From assembly GCA_048013815.1 (NCBI GenBank), contig CM106585.1, positions 10,230,001 through 10,294,000 on the forward strand: 64,000 bases of DNA. The letters run 5' to 3'. Position 1 is the stretch's first letter. The number at the start of each line of letters is the position of its first letter. The notes under the pieces are model-generated. The model did no database searches. It saw nothing but the letters and a program-made list of their open reading frames with translations, and was not told where the DNA came from. This DNA is from Setoptus koraiensis. Taxonomy: Eukaryota > Animalia > Arthropoda. Below, in pieces: positions 24,201-34,573 of the stretch. A program made the position numbers and the translations under genes.

Positions 24201-24838
24201 ATGGTGACAGAGCGGCAAATTGCGGCCTTGGTGGCCGCCATCTGTCTAGTGGCATCCGCTATTATGGCTCCACAGTTGGATTGTAATGATGGTACATATG
24301 AGAGTCTCTGGATTCTATTGATAATTTGTTCCGTACTTGCGACAATAATAGCACTAAGCTATTTCATTGACATGTCAGCCGTCCTATCGGGAACTGTATT
24401 AACCATCGTGAGTGCCCATTCTGATCGATCGATTCTTCTATTTAATTTCATGCAACACCCAGATGAACCTGCATTCTGTCATAAAATCTATATCAATTGT
24501 CTCTCATCCATTTTCTTTTTTACATGGTCAGGTCAACACTTTGTATATTTTGTTTGCCGGAGCTCTTCTATGGACTATTTTATATGTAGATTTTAACAGT
24601 GTATGCGGACAGGAAAAAATATTTTTCGATGCTGCTTTCAAATACGTTATTCTATATGTTCTTGGTGAGTAGAAAATGACAGTTCGTAGTGCAGTTGACA
24701 GCAGCATAGCAACCAATCGAGGTATTTCTTCTCATTCTTTCTTTTTACTAACGACTGCACTTTATATATTCCAAAAAATACAACTTTGCAGAAATTCTGG
24801 GAGGGCTCGCTATGGTCAGGGTGCATTCGATGCTCTAG
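24201..24838 (+). CDS. Small four-transmembrane (MARVEL-like) protein, 128 aa
   Basis: join(24201..24407,24532..24664,24792..24838). GTGAGT donors, CAG acceptors, 124 and 127 nt introns. The join keeps frame and links four hydrophobic segments. Family assignment is topology-based only. Confidence 0.55.
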
Positions 24839-25119
24839 CAAAAATTGCACATCTACTGATGAAATCGGGTAGAATTACAACGATCACTTTCACTATGTAG
24901 AGTCGCTTTATTAGTTTGGCAAAATGAAATCACAATCAGCACCACAGTGCCGCCCGTTCTTTCTCGGCTCGATCAGGGGAGTAAAAATAGGCTACAGTTT
25001 GGTGGAATTTTCTTGTGGGTGGAAAAAAGGTTTACCTTGTTAGCTTCAATCAATTCGTTTCGACATTCGATATATTGTTTCTCTCGCTAGAGGTGGAACT
25101 GTCACGCAGCGACAGTTAT

Positions 25120-25145
25120 GCGACGTCGTGCTTGCACGACGTCGC
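25120..25145. repeat. Perfect 12-bp inverted repeat GCGACGTCGTGC-TT-GCACGACGTCGC
   Basis: Direct reading. Lies ~420 bp upstream of the ATG at 25567. Confidence 0.85.
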
Positions 25146-25416
25146 GACAAATCTCGGCTTCAACCAATTGAGGCGCCTTTTTTCCTCACGCTTGCGCAAA
25201 CAGACCACTTCCCCCACTCAAATTAGGCTTAAAAACTGACTTGTGCATATGGGCCTATATCTTAATACTATACTAGCAGCACAATGAATGTTGTTCAATC
25301 TCGTTGAAGTTTAAATAGAAAGTTTGATGTCTTGTGATCGAACTATTTTCAGAATAGACAAGAATAGATCCGTTTGCTAACCTGTGAGCTTAACGTTTCA
25401 TAACGCGGATTCGGAG

Positions 25417-25425
25417 TATAAATAG
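25417..25425 (+). promoter_or_regulatory. TATA box (GTATAAATAG) of secreted paralogue 1
   Basis: TATAAATAG 150 bp upstream of the ATG. The identical GTATAAATAG precedes paralogue 2. Confidence 0.6.
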
Positions 25426-25566
25426 CGGCGTATCTCTGCCAATAAAGAACCAGATCGAACAAAAACTTTTTATTACAAATTAGTTAGTACACATTAGTCA
25501 GTACTAGAAAGCCCCTCATTTTTTATTATTCAAATAGTCAGTTGCGCAATAAACTAGGCAAATAAA

Positions 25567-27057
25567 ATGATGTCGAGAAGCATCCTATTAATTATATGTT
25601 TGATCTGTGTTGGCGAAATTGCATTGCACAATAAGGTCAATGCAGTTAGTAAGGAGCAATGCGTTGCTAAAGTCAAGAAACTTGATAAAGTTGAATTGTC
25701 TTCTTACTTGGCCGACTTTTCCAGCTTGCTGAAAGAGGAAGATGTTGGAATGGTGAACAGGTGTCTACGTAGTGTTGATGGACACTCGGATCTAAAATTG
25801 TTGGTTGGTTTGGTGGAGCAAGCATCAGCCTCATCGGTATGTAAACCAGAATTTGTGGATCAATTGTTGACCGTTCATAAACAATTGAAAGCTAATGCTA
25901 GTCGTGGTAAGGTACTTAAGCGCAAGCAGACGAACCGACTACTTCCATTTTTCCGAATGTTTGCTGGTCAGGTTGTCTTAACTTGCAAAAAGTCGTTAGC
26001 AGAAAAACTGGAGTCGGCAGAAAAAGATGAAGTATTAGTTGCAAGTCTGGCCATAATCACAGAGGTGTCGGAAGCAAGAAATGTGCCAATTGATGACAGA
26101 GAGGTTCAAAAATTGAGTGCTCCCATGAGAAAGATATTCAACCTGGCCATAAAGTATACTCCGACAGTCTTCAACAAGGTTGAGAATATTATTTTGGCAG
26201 ATTCGTTAAAACCCACGCCAGATTCAGAATTATCGATTGAAATGACATTCAATAGTCAACAGTCAATCGAGGAGTTCTACTCAATTAAGAAGGCTTGCAA
26301 AAAGATCGAGCAATATGCACAAGGCTCCATCTACGCCATACCCCGACTGGCTGTCGAGGGATACTTGGCACGTGATGATACAAGTGATCTTGAAAGAAGC
26401 TTGAGCGAAAATTCACAACTTCTTAAATGGATCCAAGCCGTTCAATACTGCCAAGGTGTTCTCCTTGTCGTAGCGAATCTAGATTTAGAAAGCGATGTCG
26501 TTGATAGACTCGACAAGGAAATACTTAATGACGAACGGATTTTCATCGTCAACATCGACAAAAAACCAACTGGTGCCATCGCGAGCAATCCTACACACAC
26601 ATTTGATCAATCAGATACGTTCGACTCATTCGACGAAAATCTCAAATGTTATACCCAATCAAAAGGTTTTTCCGATTGGTTGATGAAACATGTTGGTGCC
26701 GAGCGCTTGTTATCGAAATATCTAAAATTATCTGTCCTCGACGAATCCATTAAGCAATCCTTGATGGCTAGAGAAGAGGATCCCGAGCATGAAGTTCAAT
26801 TTGGATCTACTGCTCCTATAGCCTACGGTATGGGGTATGCACATGGTACGACAATGGCTAATATGCAAGCGCATGTAGCCCATCATGCCTCATCTCATGC
26901 TCATGTGGTCCATCAATGGGGGGTAGCAATAGGAGTCGTTATGGGATGCATTCTTGCTGTAGTGTTGTTTATAATGTGCCTATCTAAACATGGAAGTGTA
27001 GGCTCAAACCACCCTGATCGTGGCAAGGATTTTCAATGGACCGTCTATCGAACATAA
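25567..27057 (+). CDS. Lineage-specific 6-Cys secreted-type protein with C-terminal TM anchor (496 aa), paralogue 1
   Basis: Signal-peptide-like N-terminus. Six Cys shared with 28257-29357 (EQC, RCL, SVC, LTCK, ACK, QYCQG). His/Ala-rich stretch followed by TM GVAIGVVMGCILAVVLFIMCL. Intronless. Confidence 0.8.
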   Translation: MMSRSILLIICLICVGEIALHNKVNAVSKEQCVAKVKKLDKVELSSYLADFSSLLKEEDVGMVNRCLRSVDGHSDLKLLVGLVEQASASSVCKPEFVDQLLTVHKQLKANASRGKVLKRKQTNRLLPFFRMFAGQVVLTCKKSLAEKLESAEKDEVLVASLAIITEVSEARNVPIDDREVQKLSAPMRKIFNLAIKYTPTVFNKVENIILADSLKPTPDSELSIEMTFNSQQSIEEFYSIKKACKKIEQYAQGSIYAIPRLAVEGYLARDDTSDLERSLSENSQLLKWIQAVQYCQGVLLVVANLDLESDVVDRLDKEILNDERIFIVNIDKKPTGAIASNPTHTFDQSDTFDSFDENLKCYTQSKGFSDWLMKHVGAERLLSKYLKLSVLDESIKQSLMAREEDPEHEVQFGSTAPIAYGMGYAHGTTMANMQAHVAHHASSHAHVVHQWGVAIGVVMGCILAVVLFIMCLSKHGSVGSNHPDRGKDFQWTVYRT

Positions 27058-27291
27058 TTATTGTCTCTTGTTGTGACATTGTTAACAGCTAGTCAAGCAC
27101 CATCTCATTATTGAGTTACCCAAATATCCGATAGTCATCCAATTTGACAGTTGCACACGGTATGGCTGCCCAAATACAGCCCGGTCTGAGCCAAACAAAA
27201 TAAAGATAGAAATGCATTGAATTCGAGCCATTTTCGAATCTTTCTATTCGCTATATTTCTGGTCTTCAATGGTTCTATTGCTCCCTGCTCC

Positions 27292-27335
27292 CGGCCGATC
27301 GGGGGAGGAGGGAGCTCCCCCGATCGCTACCCCAT
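27292..27335. other. GC-rich hairpin element 1 (CGGCCG-12 bp stem-ACCCCAT)
   Basis: Stem 27296-27307 pairs perfectly with 27315-27326; 7-nt loop. Confidence 0.7.
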
Positions 27336-28153
27336 AGATTGTGTTTAAATCAATGATAAGACCTATCTGATTGAATAAATTAGAGTTTTCAAACATTTCT
27401 AGATCCAAATTCAAGGTAATATGTTAGTAGAACAAAAGGTTGTCTTAGTTTGTTGCGCTTTTATTTCCTGCCTTGGATTTTCGAGAATAAGGTATGGTTG
27501 CGTAGTTCCAATGATCGTCTGCCATCTAAGTCACAGTTGCAATCGCAGCTCGAAATATCTCGCAAAGTATTGGCAGATTTTGACTCACTAGCTAGCCCAA
27601 AAATGAGATAAAGGGTCCCCAAATTGTACTGTTGACACTGCACTAACAACATGATACATGCAGATCAGAAATATCAGCGGATACACTGTGTCTTTGTGTA
27701 TATATGCAAGCTCTAGTTCTCCTCAATTTTGGCGCGCTGTCGCTTCACTTCGTTTCCGCCGCGAGCACCGACCATAGCTTAAAATAAACTAAAAAGTATT
27801 CGCGAATGTCGAAAAACATTTCAAGGTTAGTTGGATGTCGAATGGCCCAGACAGGGAGCGAAAACATTTCACTTCTGACAAACAACCAACGAATGTTTCA
27901 TGTGGCAATTCTCCATTTTTTTTTTGCATACAGAGCTGATAGAGAAACTGACTTACAAGAGAAATTTTCAACGATTGTTTCAGACAGAATGAATTTTTTT
28001 CAGAAAAAAAAACCTTAAAATACCTCGAATGTTGCAACCTTTGCTGCTCATGTGCATCAAGTGATCTACTCATCATCATCAAATGATGATATGGCAACGT
28101 AAAAATAGTGCTCCTCAAATATGGCTTTTTGAAGGAAAATAATTTCGATTTTG

Positions 28154-28162
28154 TATAAATAG
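28154..28162 (+). promoter_or_regulatory. TATA box (GTATAAATAG) of secreted paralogue 2
   Basis: TATAAATAG ~100-125 bp upstream of the candidate ATGs at 28257 and 28278. Confidence 0.6.
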
Positions 28163-28256
28163 GGCTGACATTTGACTAAATAAAAATATCATCACTATTC
28201 CAGAGATTGTGTTCAAATTGAAACTAATCAACAGTAAACCTAAACGAATCGAATAA

Positions 28257-29357
28257 ATGATAGAAACTCGAATTAGGATGTCTGTACAACAAGTGTCATT
28301 CTTCTTATTGATCGTGGGCGTCGCTGGCTGTTCCGCTGCTGGTATTTCCGCTGGCTTGGGAGAACTATGGACATCATCGCGGGAACTTTGCGAGAGTAGG
28401 GTAAAATCGATTGACTCAGTGGCGAAATTCGTAGAATTTGCAAACGAGTTGGACCAAACACCGGAACTGAACAGCACAGCGACAATTGAAACCATCAGCG
28501 ACTGTTTGCAGAGTTTTGACGGCGAGCAAGATGTGAGAGAGCTGTACGAAATTGTTCAACGAGCGCGATCAGTACAGTCTGTATGCGAGCAGAATTTCGT
28601 TAGTGCGTTGTTACAATTCAACAATCACATACAAAATTATGGATCTCGAGCGAAGGAGGACAGAACAACTAATGGATTGCTTCATTTCACTTCATTGCTA
28701 TATGGCCAGATTGTTCTAACCTGCAAAAGAAGCGTGGAAACAAAATTAGAGCAAGCAGAACAATCAGGCGGCGACGATCTTAAACATAGCTTCGATGTTG
28801 TGGAAAATGATAAGAGTGTTCGTAAGATTGTCGAAGACCATGTTTTATCGCTAGACGTTGATCTGCCGGAGAATATTCTTTCATTCGGATTTTTGTTATC
28901 TAAACGTGCCAGTACGGATGTCTACGAGAAACCCAACAATTACCTTCTTTTGGATAACCAAGAATTGATTGGCCAGTTTACGGAGCTCAGGCGCTCTTGC
29001 CAATTGATTCAAAGTTATGCTGCTAGCTCGATCTTTCCGATTATGAGATTAGGGTACAATGGTTACAAGGCCGGAGACATCGGGGATGCTACAGACAACA
29101 AATTGAAGAGCAGCCCAAGAGTCCGTCACTGGCTCAAAGCTATTCAATATTGCCAAGGTGCAGATTTAACGCTATTCCGTCCGTGGGAGGCAGTACCTGA
29201 AAGCCTGTGGTATGACTCGGAGCCAAAGAGCTTTGATGTGACTGAGCAGATCAACGAAATTGGTTCGGATCTTGTAAACAAATTTACACCGGAGGAACCA
29301 GAACCAGAATCAGATTCAGATTCGGAGTCGGAGTCGGAGCCAGAGAAGGAAGACTGA
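28257..29357 (+). CDS. Lineage-specific 6-Cys secreted protein with acidic tail (366 aa; or 359 aa from ATG 28278), paralogue 2
   Basis: Signal peptide FFLLIVGVAGCSAA. Aligns with paralogue 1 (CL.S.DG, SVC..FV..LL, GQ.VLTCK, W..A.QYCQG). Ends EPEPESDSDSESESEPEKED with no TM. Confidence 0.8.
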   Translation: MIETRIRMSVQQVSFFLLIVGVAGCSAAGISAGLGELWTSSRELCESRVKSIDSVAKFVEFANELDQTPELNSTATIETISDCLQSFDGEQDVRELYEIVQRARSVQSVCEQNFVSALLQFNNHIQNYGSRAKEDRTTNGLLHFTSLLYGQIVLTCKRSVETKLEQAEQSGGDDLKHSFDVVENDKSVRKIVEDHVLSLDVDLPENILSFGFLLSKRASTDVYEKPNNYLLLDNQELIGQFTELRRSCQLIQSYAASSIFPIMRLGYNGYKAGDIGDATDNKLKSSPRVRHWLKAIQYCQGADLTLFRPWEAVPESLWYDSEPKSFDVTEQINEIGSDLVNKFTPEEPEPESDSDSESESEPEKED

Positions 29358-29691
29358 GCGCAGAATCAACAGCTATGGACAGGCTTAATCACAAAGTCTA
29401 ACTAGCAATAATACGAAACTTTTGTCAGTATCATATCAATAAAAATTTATGCAGCATATCGCAGTGCAAGTGACTAACCGTAGCGCTCTGATCTTATACT
29501 CGAGCGTAGCGGGGGTTTTGGTGCAAAATGGTAATACAGAGTGTGACTTAACATGAGTTAGGGACAGAGACGTCTGGTGCAAGATCTAACAGACATTTTA
29601 TTTCTACTTTGTTTTGTCTTGTCGTTTTGTAATCTTATTTTATGTATAAGATTTCATTGGCTAGATAAATTACAAATTCTACCTCGTATGT

Positions 29692-29741
29692 CGGCCGCCT
29701 AACATAGTGGCCCTCCGCTATGTTAGGCGGATAGACCCCAT
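29692..29741. other. Hairpin element 2 (CGGCCG-13 bp stem-ACCCCAT)
   Basis: CCGCCTAACATAG (29695-29707) pairs perfectly with CTATGTTAGGCGG (29718-29730); 10-nt loop. Lies between convergent paralogue 2 and AASS. Confidence 0.7.
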
Positions 29742-29760
29742 GGACAGATAACAAAAAATG

Positions 29761-32700
29761 TCACTGCAGGCAAGTGATGCCTTCGTCCTTCAATCGTCTC
29801 AGCATGGGCTGATAAATCTCTTGTGTCAGCGGAACAATCATTCCTTTTGTTTGTATTTCGCCATCTAATATCATCTTGGCAGCGATAGCCGCTGGATAGC
29901 CCACTGTCTTGGACATGGCCGAAAAGTTGCCCGGTTCGCCATACACCACCATGTTCAATGCCTTCTCCTCTACACTCCTATCGGGCCATTCGATCTCTAC
30001 GTCGATTCTCATCATAATTAAATCGTTTTCGTTGCTTTTGAACAGATATTTACTTATTAGCGCCTGCCTTATTGTGTTGAATGGCGTGCCACACTTGATC
30101 ACTGGCTCATCGTCGAACAAGCCCAACTCTTTAATTGATTGAAGTTTTGCATCTGAATTGGCCACTTTGTCATATACTAAATTGTTTAAATTCGACAATG
30201 ACAAATCTTGTGAATGGCCCAAAAATTCCGACAGCAACTGTCTCCAAGTGAGATCCGGACTATTATTTGGCTGCAAGCACGGATGCGGCACTTGATCCAT
30301 CAATCCAATCATCTTTAATGCCTGTATTGTCTCACTAAAGCCCTTGTATCTTAATGAGCCCCGAATAATTGTTCTAGCGTCAGGCAAGTTGTATAGCTGT
30401 TTGTACTCTAGAGAGTTTCTATTGGGGAACGCTTCCAATGAGAAACCCTTGAAAAACTTTGTCACTGGCTTGGCAAAGTTCATCAAAGTTCCTGGCTCTG
30501 CGGTGCGCACCTGACCATCTTCTAGCCATGTCGCACCGTTCATTGTAATGGCAAAAGCACCAACTGGATTCCAGCCAAACTTATAAGCTAACGGATTGTC
30601 AGCGTATTCTGGCGTGGGCAAACCACAACAATATGACACAAACGATGTTATTCGGCCACCCTCGCTTGTCACCTGATCTATGATTTGTTTAGCTAGTAGA
30701 TGGTCGATGCCAGGATCTAGGCCAACTTCATTCATAACAATAATGCCCGCCTTTTCGGCTTCATCGTGCAATTCTTTCATATCGTTACTTAGATAACTTG
30801 CAGTTAGCATATTCTTTTTGTGCTCAATGCACATTTTAGCTATATAAGGATGTAAATTATATGGCAATAAGCTTACGACGAGGTCAGCATCTTTAATAAC
30901 ATCTTCAACAGCTTGCTGATCTTTACTAACATCCACCAACAACGAATCGATATTGTTGTGTTTGGCATGTTTATGAAGCAATTTAGTTTCGTTTTCCAAT
31001 GATGATGCTATTGTGACGTAAGTGTCGGCATCGCGGCATAGATATTCAATTAATGGGCCGCTGACATGGCCAGCTCCCAATACTAGAACGTGTTTTGCTG
31101 ATTGTGACTTGTTGCTATTTTTGCTCGTCTTTTGGCTCTCTTGTTTCCTTCTGAGCTCTTGAATATATTCATAATTAGGCTCCAATTTACCATTACTGGC
31201 AATAATAGCTCTCTTGACGACAGAAGAAAATTGTTCTTCTTCCAATGGTTTAGTAGCATTAGATCGTACAATGTCCATGATGTAGGGAAACAGCAAATTG
31301 CCAAACATGTCGGTGGATTCTAGCGGCAATTGAGTGGGCATATTGTCTATTGAGCACATGAGTATACCATTTCCGGCAAATGATTGTTCGCAAGAGCGAT
31401 TGTGATCGGCATCATACAAATAAAACGGGTTGTCTATGGTTGTGCAATCTTGCATGAATTCAATTGAGCCGCCAGGATCGGCGCTTATATCACAAATAGC
31501 TATCAGTCTATGAGGTAATACTGGCGAACCAATAGAATGTACTAGGTCGTAATCGGGATCAACCAAAACATGGCTAGTTGTATCGAAAATAGTTGAGTTA
31601 CTAATGGACCTGTAGGTTTGACTGCTATTCTTGATTGGTTGTTGCAATTTTTTAGCGTCGGGAATAGTTAATAAGCGCGGGGCATTGGGTGGCCAGTATA
31701 CACCGTTGATTATAACACTGGCATAGGGCGCTATGTGAGTGGAGAATGTCGAATAGTATCGTTCCGGGTGTTGCATATATTCCTCCAAATCCAATTGATC
31801 CAAGTCATTGTGACCGCTTTTCCTGTCCCGCGATGGAGCTGATATTTTACGTTTCAGATGATCTTGACGAGTTACAACACTGCCATATATTTTGTTTGTG
31901 GAGCCCCTCTCGGCAACCTCTTGCAAATCGGATGCATCGACATACTCTATCGGGAGCTCGCTGAATAAATCCCTTGCTCCCTGTGATACATTTCCGCTGC
32001 CTGTGAAGACGAAAGTTAGTGGTCCAATCGATCGAGGCATCTTGCCAAGAGCTATCTCGTAGCCTAAACTCGTACAAAAAATTTAGCGACACATGTTTAT
32101 CGAGTAACAAGAATCGAGATGAACGAAAGGAAGTCTGCTGCATCAGTATTATATTTACCTGCATCTCGAATTGCCTGTTTAGCGGTACCGGAATTTCTAT
32201 AGTTGTGTGCCGGGCCCACATGCATAAAAGGAGTATGATGTCCGAGAGCTAACAGTCTCAGACCAATACCATGCAAAATATTTATCATACCAGCTACGCC
32301 AGCGTACTTTCCAAAAGCCACTACTCGATTGTCTCTATCATCTACCATTCGTTCATAATCTATCAATCGGATATTTCTTTCTAGAACAGCATCCAATATG
32401 GGCATGTTAGCCTCTTGGGCCTTGATTGTATGCGAGAAAAAACAGTATGTCTTGCTGGGCAAAAGAGACTCGGGAGGCACTTGTTTTACACCTAATATCA
32501 CAGGAGCCTCGCTTATATCTTCTTTAACTTCGGCGCCGGCTCTCAGATACGTTCGCAGCGGATAGGCCCGTCGGTTGGACGGCTGTATCAATATTCTAAC
32601 ACCATTTTTTGTAAGTTTTTCTACATGATATGGAGCGAGGGGGGCCCTTCTTTCCCAAATTGAGGCATCCTCTCTTCTGATTGCAACGCAAGGCCTATCA

Positions 32701-32771
32701 CGTAAATAAGCTACCGCGCGATGAAACTTTCTGAGAAACACGGTTGCTGTCAAACTGGAGGAAGCGGGCAT
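29761..32771 (-). CDS. AASS: Alpha-aminoadipic semialdehyde synthase (bifunctional LKR/SDH), 971 aa
   Basis: complement(29761..32063,32159..32771) with one 95-nt intron (AG/GTAAAT..TTTAG/G, giving RDAG-YEIALG). Motifs [57 protein letters not shown]. Confidence 0.97.
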
Positions 32772-33403
32772 TTTTGCAAAGATTTAATATGCTCAAAAAA
32801 CTAATTTCTGTATAGAGAAACTGATACAGATTGGGACTATGTGGAAATAAATAAAACTAATTAAATCTCAACTTATATCCTATGTGAATAGTTGCCAATT
32901 CATTACGATACTTAGCGCATGAAAAGCTATCTGTCGTTAAAAATGCAGAAGTCGATAATTGGCGTAGATGATAAAAATAGAAGACGGCAAGGCGATTCAA
33001 GAGAAAAGTAGATCGTGATAAGGGATATCAGTCAATTATATAATTAATTGGTCTAATAACACAGTTGTCTGTTACCAATGTGACACTTGCGTTCATCTCG
33101 CAGCTAACAATAGAAAAAACAGAGTATTCATTTAGATACTGAAATATTCCAGATAGATTTTTAAGATAATTGGTATTCAAATGTTTGAACTTATCATCAC
33201 GAGGAATCAAACAAGAAATGTATGGAAAATTAAAGCAAAGTTAGTAACAAGATGCGTCTCATAGAATTATTTACTTTGGTTTATCGACTTTCATAGTAAG
33301 ATCCCACGGGTGATGTCTCATTATCATTGATTACTAGTTGTGCTGTCACTCAAAAGATGTTGTGATTGAGTATGAGATTAGAAGGTCCTGCTCGTACCAT
33401 TAT

Positions 33404-34573
33404 CTAGTTTTGTTTACACTCGGCAGGCTTGGAGTTGGCCTTAGCATTTTTGGCATCATGATTCTTGGTTTGTCCCTTCTTTGACGGCGCGTCTTTAGCA
33501 TCTAGACTGTCGCTGTCTGAACCAGATTCATCGGAAGAGTCGTCATCGTCAGACATTTCGTCGAACTCGTCGTCCATGTCGTCATCATCGTCGTCATCAT
33601 CGAGTAAATAACCGGTGTAGTACAAGATCGATTTTGATATTAGTGATTGCCTGATAGTTTCACCCAGTTCGAAATCAATAGAGGCGAGTGTTGAAGTTTC
33701 TTCGTCCATCTCGTCGCGATTATCAGGAATTTCGGGTGGGTTGAAGAAATGGAAAAATGATTCTCTTTCAACAGACTTGCTTTTGGTACGGACGGTGCCC
33801 TTAGTTTTATGTTTCTGGCGCACATTCATAGTTTTAACAGTGGGATCCTTGCCTTCATTCCAATCAATTTTACAACCTTCGCTTTTGACGACCTCATGGC
33901 CCTCGTAGGAGAATGGATCCTTGTCGTCTGGTGCTGAGCTAAGGAAGTATTTCTTGGTGAGAACTGGTTTGTTGAAGTAAGGATTTGGTTCGAAGTGAAA
34001 TTCCAGAATGTAAGTGACATTAAGGCCTTCTTTCTCATATTTAACCCTGATGTCGGTCAAGTGACGCAACACAGGCTTATCATGCTCCTCAATGGCGTCC
34101 ATGAAAGATAGCGATGCGTTTAAGACACCTAACCAATAGTATGGGATACCGGTAAGTTTCGCTTTATACTCCTGTTCTTCTTCTTCGCTTAATGTTGGGA
34201 AGACTTCCTCGCCTGCGGCTGGTTCATCCTCTTTCATTTTGTCATCTTGATCACCGTCGAGATCGTAGTCGATGACGCTAGCTGGCAATGTACATTCATC
34301 GTCAGTGGGCTCGTGTTTGCCACTGGTGATGTCAAAGCGTTTCTGATTGAATGGTTCGTATAGTTTAGCGTACTTAATCTCAAGCTCTTGCATTTCATTG
34401 TGGTACTGTTGGTCCAGTTGTATTCTGTCCAACTGTAACTTTTTTAGAGCATTCACTCTTTGTTTCAGAAATTTCGGTAGCTTATCAAAATGAGATGGAT
34501 TAAATTGTTGAAGAGACTTCTTGATGACGTCCAGCTTACCAGATCCTGACGATGTGTCGGCATTTGACGACAT
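33404..34573 (-). CDS. NAP1L: Nucleosome assembly protein 1-like (389 aa), intronless
   Basis: LP..KQRVNALKKLQ, GIPYYWL, FEPNPYFNK.VLTKKY, GCKIDW, ESFFHFF.PP, acidic tail, C-terminal CKQN. ATG at 34573 (34630 is TTG). Confidence 0.96.
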   Translation of the reverse strand: MSSNADTSSGSGKLDVIKKSLQQFNPSHFDKLPKFLKQRVNALKKLQLDRIQLDQQYHNEMQELEIKYAKLYEPFNQKRFDITSGKHEPTDDECTLPASVIDYDLDGDQDDKMKEDEPAAGEEVFPTLSEEEEQEYKAKLTGIPYYWLGVLNASLSFMDAIEEHDKPVLRHLTDIRVKYEKEGLNVTYILEFHFEPNPYFNKPVLTKKYFLSSAPDDKDPFSYEGHEVVKSEGCKIDWNEGKDPTVKTMNVRQKHKTKGTVRTKSKSVERESFFHFFNPPEIPDNRDEMDEETSTLASIDFELGETIRQSLISKSILYYTGYLLDDDDDDDDMDDEFDEMSDDDDSSDESGSDSDSLDAKDAPSKKGQTKNHDAKNAKANSKPAECKQN

